Shown: in pieces, positions 19,037-28,212 of the stretch
How the letters are laid out: each line of letters begins with the position of its first letter
How positions within the stretch are numbered: the stretch's first letter is position 1
From: an uncultured delta proteobacterium
GTDB taxonomy: Bacteria; Desulfobacterota; Binatia; DP-6
DNA: 64,000 nt
Assembly (NCBI GenBank): GCA_963815115.1
Contig: CAWFFN010000008.1
Coordinates: 256,001 to 320,000 of the forward strand
Direction: 5' to 3'
The notes under the pieces: model-generated
The model's input: the letters and a program-made list of their open reading frames with translations, nothing else
What the model was told of the DNA's origin: nothing
Databases searched by the model: none
Program-made: the position numbers and the translations under genes

Positions 19037-19516
19037 ATGCGGATACTCGCCTGCTCAGTCACGGTCGGTGTGCTCGCCAGCCTCGCCCTCACGGGTTGCG
19101 GCGGTGGGGGGACGCCGACGGGCGAGACGCCCAAGCCCACGACGGTGACGACCGCTCCGGCAGCCGCCGTCCCGACTCTGCCTCCGGCCGCGGCCCCGAC
19201 TCCACCGACCCCGCCCTCGACCGCCGCCGGCGCGAAGGAGGGAGAGGACGACGATCTCGCCGCTCCGTTGCTGGCGTGGGCAGACTCCGACACCGACGAA
19301 GGCAAGGCGCCGCTCACGGTGCAGTTCAAGGCCGATGTCGAAGGAGGCACCGCACCTCTCTCCTACGTGTGGAAGTTCGGGGACGGTTCGCCCGACTCCA
19401 CCGAGGCAAACCCGAAGCACGTCTACCAGAAGGCGGGCAAGTATCGCGCCGACCTGGAGGTGAAGGACTCCGCGGGCGACTCGGACTCGGACTACCTGGA
19501 GATCGACGCCCAGTAG
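19037..19516 (+). CDS. PKD-domain lipoprotein with Pro/Thr/Ala linker
   Basis: Lipobox LTGC; GKAPLTVQF, YVWKFGDGS, NPKHVY..AGKY PKD signature. Confidence 0.85.
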   Translation: MRILACSVTVGVLASLALTGCGGGGTPTGETPKPTTVTTAPAAAVPTLPPAAAPTPPTPPSTAAGAKEGEDDDLAAPLLAWADSDTDEGKAPLTVQFKADVEGGTAPLSYVWKFGDGSPDSTEANPKHVYQKAGKYRADLEVKDSAGDSDSDYLEIDAQ

Positions 19517-19533
19517 GATCGCGCACGACCGGC

Positions 19534-20457
19534 TCACGGGGTGAGCGTCCCCACCACGTCGGTGACGGCCCGGAGGCCGCGCCCCGCGCACCAGCGCGCC
19601 ATCTCCTCGGCGACGTGCAGCGGGGCGCGCGGATCGTAGAAGGTCGCCGTTCCCACCTGCACGGCGCGCGCGCCGCAGCAGAGGAACTCGAGCGCATCCT
19701 CGCCCGTCCGGATGCCGCCGATCCCCACGACGGGGATGCGCACGCCGCGCGCGAGGGCGTACACCATCGCCAGCGCCACGGGCTTGATCGCCGGCCCCGA
19801 GAGACCCCCGGTCACGCTGCGCAAGCGCGGGCGGCGGCTCTCGAGATCGACGGCCATCCCGCGCAGCGTGTTGATCGCGCACAGGGCGTCGGCGCCCTCA
19901 CCTTCCACCGCGCGCCCTACCGCCGTGACGTCGCTCACGTTCGGCGACAGCTTCACCCACAGCGGCAGCCGCGCACGGCGTCGCACCGCACGCACCACGG
20001 CGGCCAGCGCCGCAGGGTCCGAGGCGATGATCCCACCCCACTCGGGCCGATTCGGACTCGCCGCGTTCAGCTCGAGAGCGACGAGCCCGGGCGCTCCATC
20101 GAGCCGGGCGGCGCACTCGGCGAACTCCTCCGGGGCGTCGCCCCAGAAGTTCGCCACCACGCGCGCGCCGGCCCGGACGAGCGCGGGGAGCCGATCGCGC
20201 AGGAACGCCTCCACGCCGACGTTCTGCAGCCCGATGGCGTTCAGCATGCCGCCGGGACACTCGACGAGCCGCGGAGCGGGCTTACCCGGGTACGGCTCGA
20301 GCGACAGGCCCTTCACGCAGATCGCGCCGATCGCGGCGAGATCGACCAGCCCGGCGAACTCGAGGCCGTAGCCGAACGTGCCCGAGGCGGCGATCACGGG
20401 GTTCGGCAGAGTCACCGTCCCGACCGTCACCCGGGTATCGACCGCCAGCGGACTCAT
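19534..20457 (-). CDS. pyrD: Dihydroorotate dehydrogenase, class 1 type catalytic subunit
   Basis: NPVIAASGTFGYG, MLNAIGLQN, VKLSPNV, INTLRGMAVD, GGLSGPAIKP motifs. Confidence 0.92.
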   Translation of the reverse strand: MSPLAVDTRVTVGTVTLPNPVIAASGTFGYGLEFAGLVDLAAIGAICVKGLSLEPYPGKPAPRLVECPGGMLNAIGLQNVGVEAFLRDRLPALVRAGARVVANFWGDAPEEFAECAARLDGAPGLVALELNAASPNRPEWGGIIASDPAALAAVVRAVRRRARLPLWVKLSPNVSDVTAVGRAVEGEGADALCAINTLRGMAVDLESRRPRLRSVTGGLSGPAIKPVALAMVYALARGVRIPVVGIGGIRTGEDALEFLCCGARAVQVGTATFYDPRAPLHVAEEMARWCAGRGLRAVTDVVGTLTP

Positions 20458-20918
20458 CGCCCGTCCAGCTTGAGCTCCATCACGATCGCGTCCTGACCGG
20501 GTCCGTAGTAGCCGCGCCGGACCCCGAGGTCGCGGAAGCCGAGCTGGCGGTAGAGACGTCGCGCCACGAGGTTGCCGGCCCGCACCTCCAGGAACATGGT
20601 GCGCGCGCGCGTCGTGCGGCCTTCCTCGATCACCGCTTCCACCAGCACGCGGCCGACGCCGCTGCCACGCCGCGACTGGTGCACCGCGACGTTGAGCAGG
20701 TGCACCTCGTCAGTGACCCGCCAGCGGCAGCTGTACCCGACCAGCAAGGCACGCGCGTGCTGCTCGTCGATGGCCACGGTGAGCTGGGCGAAGGGTGTGG
20801 ACAGCTCCTTCTCGAAGAAGGCGCGCGACCAGGGCTGCGCGAAGGCACGCCGCTCGATCTCGAGCACTGCCGGCAGGTCGTCGCGGCGCATGGGCCGCAG
20901 GACGAGCGCCGCGCTCAG
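20454..20918 (-). CDS. rimI: Ribosomal-protein-alanine N-acetyltransferase (GNAT); CTG or downstream ATG (20891) start
   Basis: PWS, HLLNVAV, RGSGVG, FLEVRAGN..A..LY...GF, RRGYY motifs. Confidence 0.88.
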   Translation of the reverse strand: MSAALVLRPMRRDDLPAVLEIERRAFAQPWSRAFFEKELSTPFAQLTVAIDEQHARALLVGYSCRWRVTDEVHLLNVAVHQSRRGSGVGRVLVEAVIEEGRTTRARTMFLEVRAGNLVARRLYRQLGFRDLGVRRGYYGPGQDAIVMELKLDGR

Positions 20919-22318
20919 GTCGCGCCGCCCACCTTCGGGAGCACGACATCCAGCGTCTTGTCCCGGTAGCGGTGCCGGAAGCCCGTGACGGCCGCGGGCA
21001 AGGGCACCCGGGTCGTGAACTCCGAGGGAAACGCCGGCGCTGCGCCGGTGATGCGGCGCACGCTCGGATCGATCACGCGCGCATGCACCACGAAGCTCCC
21101 GTTCTCGAGCGCGAGGTCGTAGTCGTAGTCCGGCATCTGGGAGGGCAGCCCCAGCTCGAGCCCGAGGGACGAGGGCGGCACCAGGCGGGGGAACTCGAGC
21201 CGGAAGAGATAGGCGTCGTCGCGGTCCTCCAGCTTGAAGACCTCGCCGTAGCGGCGCGCGCGCTCGATCTTCTCGTCGAAGTGGACCTGGCCGGCGTGAA
21301 AGCCGTCGAAGCTCACCCCGCTGCTGGCCCCGCGCCGGCCGACGAGCGCCGTCACCAGCCCGGCGAACGGCAGGAGCAGCGGTCCGTACACGGCGCCGCG
21401 CAGCGGCGTGTCGGCGATGCTCTCCCCCCGGAACACGCTCTCGCGCAGCCGCCACGCCGCCTCGAGGAAGGCCAGCACGACACCCAGCGTGATCCAGCCT
21501 TGCACGTCCGAGCTGAACAGCACCGCTCGTCCCGCCAGCACCGCGAGCGCGACGCACAGCACCGGGTAGAGAACGAGATTCAGGAAGACGTTCCCTGCCG
21601 TGGCGAGCTGGGCACTGAAGAAGCGCCGGTCGCCCACCGCTTCCTCGAGGCGCCGCTTGGTGCCGGCCGGCAAGGCGCCGAGAACGCCCTGGCCGACGGC
21701 CAGCAGACAGAGCGGTAGGAGCGCCAGCCACGAGCCGGGGCGGCGACGCGGGGCGCCGAGGGTGGTCACGATCTGGTCGAAGTCGCCGGGCAGCTCGCGG
21801 GTGAACGTCTTCGGCGGCCGAGGCGGAGGGGGGGCAATCGCCTTCTCCACCTTGCCCCGGCCCACCGCCGGCGCGGCCCGAACGGGCGCCGGCGCGGCCG
21901 GTGCGGCGGCCGCCGCCGGGACCGGGCCCGGCGCCGCCGCCGGGGCGCTCGCGGGTGCTCCGGCCGGAGCGGCCTCGGCGCCGTCCTTCTTGAAACGTGA
22001 CGGGGCGTCGTCGGGAATCGGCTCCTCCGGATGCAGCTCCCGCGCCCGCGCCAGCAGCACGTCGTGCGTCTCCGGGATCTCCGGGTTGGGCACGCAGCAG
22101 TCGACCGGACACACCGCCGCGCACGCCTCGTGGTCGTGGAACCCGACGCATTCCGTGCACTTCTCGGGGACGATGAAGAAGATCTCGTTCGACAGCGCCG
22201 GATGCATCGCCCCGTCGGGCGCCTGCCACTCCACCGCGCCCTGGTAGATCGCCGTATTCGGGCACTCGGGCTCGCAGGCCCCGCAGTTGATGCACTCGGA
22301 GGTGATCATGGTCGCCAT
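20915..22318 (-). CDS. YfhL-like 2[4Fe-4S] ferredoxin fused to a membrane segment and an Hsp20-like C-terminal domain
   Basis: CINCGACEPECP and CTECVGFH...CAAVCPVDCC; Ala/Pro linker; 3-4 hydrophobic helices; C-terminal ...DDAYLFRLEFP...YRDKTLDVVLPK. Confidence 0.8.
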   Translation of the reverse strand: MATMITSECINCGACEPECPNTAIYQGAVEWQAPDGAMHPALSNEIFFIVPEKCTECVGFHDHEACAAVCPVDCCVPNPEIPETHDVLLARARELHPEEPIPDDAPSRFKKDGAEAAPAGAPASAPAAAPGPVPAAAAAPAAPAPVRAAPAVGRGKVEKAIAPPPPRPPKTFTRELPGDFDQIVTTLGAPRRRPGSWLALLPLCLLAVGQGVLGALPAGTKRRLEEAVGDRRFFSAQLATAGNVFLNLVLYPVLCVALAVLAGRAVLFSSDVQGWITLGVVLAFLEAAWRLRESVFRGESIADTPLRGAVYGPLLLPFAGLVTALVGRRGASSGVSFDGFHAGQVHFDEKIERARRYGEVFKLEDRDDAYLFRLEFPRLVPPSSLGLELGLPSQMPDYDYDLALENGSFVVHARVIDPSVRRITGAAPAFPSEFTTRVPLPAAVTGFRHRYRDKTLDVVLPKVGGAT

Positions 22319-22419
22319 CGATGGGAACCCCCTGGATAACCCCGCGAAAAGGGGTAGCCAACTTCATCCGAACCGTCAAACGGAACGGTGTCGAAGCGCT
22401 TCTTGCAACCGACCCGGGG

Positions 22420-24918
22420 CTACCGATCGCCTGCCGGGGGCGCCTCCTGGAGCATGTTGTTCGAGTCCGGCCGCAGGATGCGTGCCGCGCTCTTGCCCCG
22501 AGTCCGCCTGTTCTCCATGGCGCGGCGCAGCTCGGCGAGGCCTTCGATCCGCGAGCTGAAGTCGTCGGTGACGTCGCGCGCCTCCTCGCGGTTGTGGATC
22601 ACGTAGGGCGTGATCGTGATCAGCAGCTCGGTGCGCGTGGTCGCGTCGTCGTCCGTGCGGAAGAAACGTCCCAGCACCGGGACGTCCATCAGGTACGGAA
22701 CGCCGGTACGGTTCCCCGAGATCTCGTCGTCGATGATGCCCCCGATGAGGACCGTGGCACCGTCCTGCACGACCATCGTCGTCTCGGCCTCGCGGGTAGT
22801 GAACGACGGCGAGTTCGTCGTACCGAAGCTCTGCTGGAGCACGTTGCTCACCTCCTGCCGCACCTGGAGGTTCACCAGGCCCTTCGAGTTCACCTGCGGC
22901 AGGACGGTGAGGATCTTCCCGGTGTCGCGGTACTGGATGGAGTTCGCGACCGTCCCCGCGGTGCCCGTCAGCACCGCGGTGGAGGTCGAGGTGAGGATCG
23001 GGACGGACTCGCCGACCAGGATGTGGGCCTCGCGGTTGTCGGCGGCGATGATGTGCGGTGCCGACAGCATCTTGACGCGGGTGACCTTGTTCAGCGCGTT
23101 GATGAAGATGTTGAAGTTCTGCTGGTCCGAGATGACCGCGAAGGCGCCCTGCGACGGCACGCGCGCCGCGGTTCCGACCAGGCCGCCGAGGAAGTTCGTT
23201 CCGGTGCCGCCCTGGCGGTTGTTGAAGATCGACGCGCCCTGATCGCCTCCGGGGACGGCGGCCTTGAGTGGGCCCTCCGAGAAGGCATAGGCGATGCCGA
23301 ACTGGAGGTCCTTGTTGAGCGTCACCTCGGCGATCATCACCTCGAGCACCACCTGGCGCGGGACCACGTCGATCTTCCGCACCACGTCGAGGATGAGCTG
23401 GTAGTCGCGCTTGGTCGCGAGCACGACCAGCGAGTTGGTGACGTCGTCGGCGACGATCCGCACCTCCTGGCGAAACACCGGCAGCGGTCCCTGGATGGTC
23501 CCCGCCGGGCCGGGTGCAGGCGCCGGGCCACCCGGCAGCGACACGCCGGCGACTCCTCCGGGTTGTCCCGGGGCGTTCGCCTGTCCGGCGCGGCCGCCTC
23601 GCGCACCCGCGCCGGTGCCTCCGCGAGCGCCGAGTCCGGTACCGGTCCCGGTGCCGCCGCCGACACCACCGCCGAGCTGCGAGCCGCCGCCGCCGAGGCC
23701 GCCGCCCCCGCCTCCGAATCCGCCTGCGCCTCCGCCTCCACCTCCCTGGAACTGACCCGTCGTCCCTCCACCGCCGAAGCCGCCGCCGCCCAGGCCGCCA
23801 GCGCGACCTGCGCCGCCGCCGAAGCCGCCCGCGCCGCCACGTCCCGCGCCGCCGACACCGCCGCGCTGGCCAGCACCGCCCGCCGCGCCGCCGGCCCCGA
23901 ACAGGCCCACGCCGCCCGGCGCAGCGCCGGGGTTGCGGCCGAGCCCGCCTGCTCCGCCTCCCTCGCCGCCGCCGAAGAGCTCGTTCAGCACGGCGGCGAG
24001 ATCGGCCGCCTTGGCGTTCTCGACGCTGTAGACGAAGGTCTGGCGCCCGGCGCCCTTGTCGGGCGGGATGTCGAGCATCGCGAGCCAGCGGTCGATCTCG
24101 CCGAAGGCCGCCTGGTCGACGGCGAACACCACGATCGCGTTCAGGCGCTGGAGCGGCACCATGAAGACGCCGCCCTCGCCCTCGCCGGTCGCGGTGACGC
24201 CGTAGGGTGCGAGCAGGGTGAGCAGCTCGTTGGCGAGCTCCTCGGGATCGCCTTCCTTCATCTTGTAGACGCGCGCATGCAGGTTCTTGAAGCCGTCGAT
24301 GTCGAAGGTGGCTGCCAGCTGGCGCAGCCGCTGCACGTTGGAGTCGAGGTCGGTCACCACCACGGCGTTGGCGCGCGGGTAGGAGAAGACGTCGCCGCCG
24401 GGGGTCACGAACGGCTGGAGGATGTTCGCCATCTCCTCCGCCAGCACGTGGCGGATCTGGAAGATCTCGATGACGAAGCTGTCCTCGGCGCGAGCCGTGC
24501 TCTGCGCCGCGGAGGTGCGCGGGATGATGGCCCGGGTCTTGGCCTCGGCAACGGGCAGTATCTGCCAGACGTCGCCGCTGCGCACGGCGGCGATCCCGTT
24601 CTGGCGGAGGATCTGGTTGAAGAGCGGGAAGAGCTCGCGGCGGGAGATCTTGCCCGTGGTGCGGATGGTCACCTGCCCTTCGATGCGCGGATCGAGCGTG
24701 TAGCTGAGGCCGAGCGCGGTCGCGAGGCTGTGGATCACCTCGCGGATGTCCGCCCGCTCGAAGTTGAGCACCATCGCCTCCTCGTCGCCGAGGGGTCGTT
24801 CGGGCTCGGGAGCAGCCTCCGTCGACATGTCGGGCGGTGGCGCGGGCTGTGCCCAGGCGACGGCACCGACGAGCCCGATGGCGACGCTCACGATCACCAG
24901 CATCCGTGGCCCCTTCAC
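22420..24918 (-). CDS. gspD: Type II secretion secretin with a long Gly-rich insertion
   Basis: LNFERADIREV N0 domain, QVVLEVMIAEV, LSAPHI, GVPYLMDVPVLGRFF, ELLITITPYVI; SD gaggagg. Confidence 0.92.
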   Translation of the reverse strand: MKGPRMLVIVSVAIGLVGAVAWAQPAPPPDMSTEAAPEPERPLGDEEAMVLNFERADIREVIHSLATALGLSYTLDPRIEGQVTIRTTGKISRRELFPLFNQILRQNGIAAVRSGDVWQILPVAEAKTRAIIPRTSAAQSTARAEDSFVIEIFQIRHVLAEEMANILQPFVTPGGDVFSYPRANAVVVTDLDSNVQRLRQLAATFDIDGFKNLHARVYKMKEGDPEELANELLTLLAPYGVTATGEGEGGVFMVPLQRLNAIVVFAVDQAAFGEIDRWLAMLDIPPDKGAGRQTFVYSVENAKAADLAAVLNELFGGGEGGGAGGLGRNPGAAPGGVGLFGAGGAAGGAGQRGGVGGAGRGGAGGFGGGAGRAGGLGGGGFGGGGTTGQFQGGGGGGAGGFGGGGGGLGGGGSQLGGGVGGGTGTGTGLGARGGTGAGARGGRAGQANAPGQPGGVAGVSLPGGPAPAPGPAGTIQGPLPVFRQEVRIVADDVTNSLVVLATKRDYQLILDVVRKIDVVPRQVVLEVMIAEVTLNKDLQFGIAYAFSEGPLKAAVPGGDQGASIFNNRQGGTGTNFLGGLVGTAARVPSQGAFAVISDQQNFNIFINALNKVTRVKMLSAPHIIAADNREAHILVGESVPILTSTSTAVLTGTAGTVANSIQYRDTGKILTVLPQVNSKGLVNLQVRQEVSNVLQQSFGTTNSPSFTTREAETTMVVQDGATVLIGGIIDDEISGNRTGVPYLMDVPVLGRFFRTDDDATTRTELLITITPYVIHNREEARDVTDDFSSRIEGLAELRRAMENRRTRGKSAARILRPDSNNMLQEAPPAGDR

Positions 24919-24995
24919 TGCAACCTCCTCCCGACGGTGAGCGTGTCTCCGGCCGGTCCGTGCGGTCCGACCACCTGCGTCTCCGACGGCGTGTA

Positions 24996-25883
24996 TCAGT
25001 TACCTTTGAGCTGTTCGAGTTTCTGCCGCACGGCGGCGGGAATGTTCGGGATCGGCGGCGCCGTGACAGGCGGCACCCCCGCTCCCATCTGTGGTTGACC
25101 GAAGTTCTGACCCGCGGCGGGCGACGGCGGTATCCCGGGCACGGCCCCCGGCAGGCCGGGCGCGGGGGGCATTACCGGCGCCCCCGGTCGGCCCGGCACT
25201 CCCCCGCGCGGGATTCGCGGCTGGCCGCCCGGCACGGGAGGCGCCTGAGGCTGGATGCCGGCTGCCGGCGACCCGGCGTTGGCCGTCGCGGGCTGGCCCG
25301 GGCGCGGCGGGCCCCCGGGCCTGGGCGCTGCGGCTCCCGACTTCTCCACCGCCAGCGAGAGGGTGATCGTGTCGCCCGTGGCCGAGGCCAGGGTCACCCG
25401 GCTCGGCAGGATCGTCTTCAGGGTATAGCCGCCCACCTGGTCCCCCACCCGCACGCGGCGCTGCTGGTTTGCCTGGCTGGCGTCCGTGATGAACGCCTCG
25501 CTGTCGCGGTTGCCGAGCATGCGGATGCCGACCACCGTGAGACCCGGCGGAGGGGCGGCCTCCTTGGGCGGCGGGGGCTTCACCTCCTCGCTCGCCCTCT
25601 GCCGGCTCGGGTCGAAGAGATCGCGGTCGACGATGGTCGCGACCAGCGTGGCAGGCTGGACCACGGCCTTCTCGTTCGTTCCCCGCTTGCCACGATCGTG
25701 CCGCCCGGCCTTGGTGTCGCCACCCTTGCCGTTCTCCGCGCCGTCTCCCTTCGGCGCCGGGTCGGCACCGCGCGCCCCGGTCTCGACGGGCGGCAGCGAG
25801 CGGCCCCACGTGCGCGCGATCTCGAGGGTCAGCAGGAGGGCGATCAGGAGCAGGAACCCGTTCAGGATGGCCCAGCGTCCCAT
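24996..25883 (-). CDS. GspC-like (XpsN/XpsC position) bitopic protein with Pro/Gly-rich tail
   Basis: N-terminal TM, RDLFDPSR, 'LTVVGI...RVRVGDQVGGYTLKTI' HR-like domain; located between gspM and gspD. Confidence 0.65.
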   Translation of the reverse strand: MGRWAILNGFLLLIALLLTLEIARTWGRSLPPVETGARGADPAPKGDGAENGKGGDTKAGRHDRGKRGTNEKAVVQPATLVATIVDRDLFDPSRQRASEEVKPPPPKEAAPPPGLTVVGIRMLGNRDSEAFITDASQANQQRRVRVGDQVGGYTLKTILPSRVTLASATGDTITLSLAVEKSGAAAPRPGGPPRPGQPATANAGSPAAGIQPQAPPVPGGQPRIPRGGVPGRPGAPVMPPAPGLPGAVPGIPPSPAAGQNFGQPQMGAGVPPVTAPPIPNIPAAVRQKLEQLKGN

Positions 25884-26806
25884 CAACGCCTCCCGGGGAC
25901 GCGCGCCGGCCGCCGATTCAGCAGCGGCGCCACCAGCGGGGAGACGGTGGTGGTCGGGTGCGTCGCGCTCGGTGTCGTCGTCGTGGACGCCGCACGGGTC
26001 GTCGGGACACCGCCCGCCGCGGTGGTGCTGGTGGTGGCACCGGGCGCGGCGGCGGTGGTCCTCGTCGTGACGCCCGGCGCGCCCGCGATGGTCGTGGTGG
26101 GGGCGCCGCTCTTCGCGGCGGCGGCCTCGTCCCCGTTGGCCTCGCTCCCCGCCTCGGTCTCCGCGGGTGCGGCTTCCTCGGCCTTGGCCTGCTCGCCGAG
26201 CACGAAGCCCGTCACCTCGAGGGTTGCCGACAGCGTCCGCGGGCCCTTGGCACCCGGCACGGCCCCGCGCCGGTTCACCTCGACGAACGGGATGGCGAGC
26301 TGCTGCCCGTACTCGAGACCGGAGACGAGCTCGGCGAACGGCTTGAGCTCTCCGGAGAGGGTGAGACGAACCGCCACCTTGCGATACGGATCCACCGCCT
26401 CCTCCTTCATCACCTGCGTGCTCTGCACCGTGATGCCCTTCTCGGCGGCGAGCGAGTTGGCGCGCTCCTGCAACGCGGCCGCCCCGAGTGTCCCACCCCG
26501 GCCGGGAAGCAGGCGTCCCCGCGCCTGCACGAGGCGTTTCTTGAGGCTCTCGCGCTCCGCGCGCAGGGAGTCGGCCGCGCCGAGCGAGCGCGAGGCGCGC
26601 GCGAGCTGCTCCTGTCCGTCGGCGATCTCCTCCGCGACGCGCTGGCGATACTCGCGCAGCGGGACCCACCCGAACAGGTAGAGCAGGCATGCGCCGGCGA
26701 ACACGAGCACGCCCAGGATGATGCTCTGGTCGCGCCGCGAGTGGCCGGCGTACCAGCGCCGGAACCCGCCGAACAGTGCCTGCAGCCGGGCGCGCAGCGC
26801 GCTCAC
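25883..26806 (-). CDS. gspM: Type II secretion GspM/PilO-like protein with Thr/Ala-rich tail
   Basis: Single TM, coiled coil, ferredoxin-like C domain; position in operon. Confidence 0.7.
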   Translation of the reverse strand: MSALRARLQALFGGFRRWYAGHSRRDQSIILGVLVFAGACLLYLFGWVPLREYRQRVAEEIADGQEQLARASRSLGAADSLRAERESLKKRLVQARGRLLPGRGGTLGAAALQERANSLAAEKGITVQSTQVMKEEAVDPYRKVAVRLTLSGELKPFAELVSGLEYGQQLAIPFVEVNRRGAVPGAKGPRTLSATLEVTGFVLGEQAKAEEAAPAETEAGSEANGDEAAAAKSGAPTTTIAGAPGVTTRTTAAAPGATTSTTAAGGVPTTRAASTTTTPSATHPTTTVSPLVAPLLNRRPARVPGRR

Positions 26807-28212
26807 TGCTGCGCTGCCTCGGCGACGATCGAGAAGCGCTCCTTATCGCCCTGCTTCGTCGTGGGTGAGCTGAAGGTCACGTTCTTGAAGCGCTTCGACT
26901 TCTCGAGCGCCGTGATGAGGTCGGACGCCGAGCGTGCCTGGCCATCGAGGGAGAGCTTGCCCCCGCGCACGTTGAGTCCGGTGAGAAAGGCGTCGTTCGG
27001 CACCAGCTCGGTCAGATCCTTGAGCAGCGGGGTGAGGCGAGGCTCCTGACCTTCGCTCAGCGTGTCGATCTCACGCTGGAGACCCTCGATCTCCGCCTGC
27101 AGCGCCTTCACCTCGCGCACCTCCGGCCCGATCGCCTCGATCTGGGCCTGGAGCTGGCGCTGCAGCAGCACGTCCTTGACGAGCGCGCTTCCTCCCCACA
27201 CCAGCAGGAGCAACGCGGAGCAGGCGACCAGCACGACGGTGGTGAGCGAGAGCCCCTCGTCGGCGCCGCGACGTCCCTCCGCGGGCAGCAGGTTCAGCGG
27301 GACGGTGCCCTCGCGCACCGCGTCGAGCGCGGCACCCAGGGCGGGCAGCATGGCGGGCTCGGCGGACGCGAAGAACTCCTCCGTCGCCCCGAGGCGGCCG
27401 CGCGCCAGCGCGAGCAGATCGCCCTCCCCCGGCATCGGGATGGCCGGCGCGGCGCCGTTCGCCAGCTCCCAGCGGTAGAGCGGCACGTTCTCCACCAGGA
27501 GCGCCTGATCGGTCAGCTGGCGGGCCACGGAGCGCTCGAGCGCGGCCGCGTCCGCGAGCCGCTTCGCCGGCACCAGCTGGCTCGACAGCAGCTGGCCTCC
27601 GGAGAGGAGCGCGACCTCCATGGCACCCGGCGCGCTCACCAGCAGGCCGAGCGGACCGGCCTCGCCGCGACAGAAGGTGATGAAGTCGGCGATCGCCGTC
27701 GACGCCAGCACGATGCCGCGCGGCCGCACCAGCGCGTCCTCCAGCGCCTCGAGGTAGCCGCGCACGACCACGCGCGGAATGCACATGAGCAGCACCTCGA
27801 GCCGCTCCTCGCCGTAGTCGCGCGCGGAGTAGTCGTAGTAGATCTCGTCGCGCGACAGGGGGATGAGGTTCTCGATCTCGTATTCGAGAACCTGGGCGAG
27901 GTTCTCCCGTGCGGCCGCGGGCAGGAGCACGCGATTGAAAGCCGCCTCCGTGCGCGGCACGCAGAGCACGGTGCGGCGCGTGTCGACCCCGCCCTCGCGC
28001 GTGAACGCGACGACCGCATTGGTGAGCGCCTGCCGGCGCTCCGCGGGCAGCTCGAGCCCCGGCAGCGGGACCGTGGCCGTCCGCCGCACCGTGACCCGGA
28101 ACAGCCGCTTGCTGAGATGCGCGAAGGCCACCTCGTGGCTGCCGACGTAGATGCCGAGGCCGTCGACGAAGTCCGCCCGCCGGAGCCGCTGCGACAGCTC
28201 GCCGAGGGTCAC
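26803..28212 (-). CDS. gspL: Type II secretion GspL (PilM/PilN-like)
   Basis: Actin-like cytoplasmic part (ENLAQVLEYEIENLIP), LNLLP motif, TM, PilN-like C domain. Confidence 0.78.
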   Translation of the reverse strand: MTLGELSQRLRRADFVDGLGIYVGSHEVAFAHLSKRLFRVTVRRTATVPLPGLELPAERRQALTNAVVAFTREGGVDTRRTVLCVPRTEAAFNRVLLPAAARENLAQVLEYEIENLIPLSRDEIYYDYSARDYGEERLEVLLMCIPRVVVRGYLEALEDALVRPRGIVLASTAIADFITFCRGEAGPLGLLVSAPGAMEVALLSGGQLLSSQLVPAKRLADAAALERSVARQLTDQALLVENVPLYRWELANGAAPAIPMPGEGDLLALARGRLGATEEFFASAEPAMLPALGAALDAVREGTVPLNLLPAEGRRGADEGLSLTTVVLVACSALLLLVWGGSALVKDVLLQRQLQAQIEAIGPEVREVKALQAEIEGLQREIDTLSEGQEPRLTPLLKDLTELVPNDAFLTGLNVRGGKLSLDGQARSASDLITALEKSKRFKNVTFSSPTTKQGDKERFSIVAEAAQQ

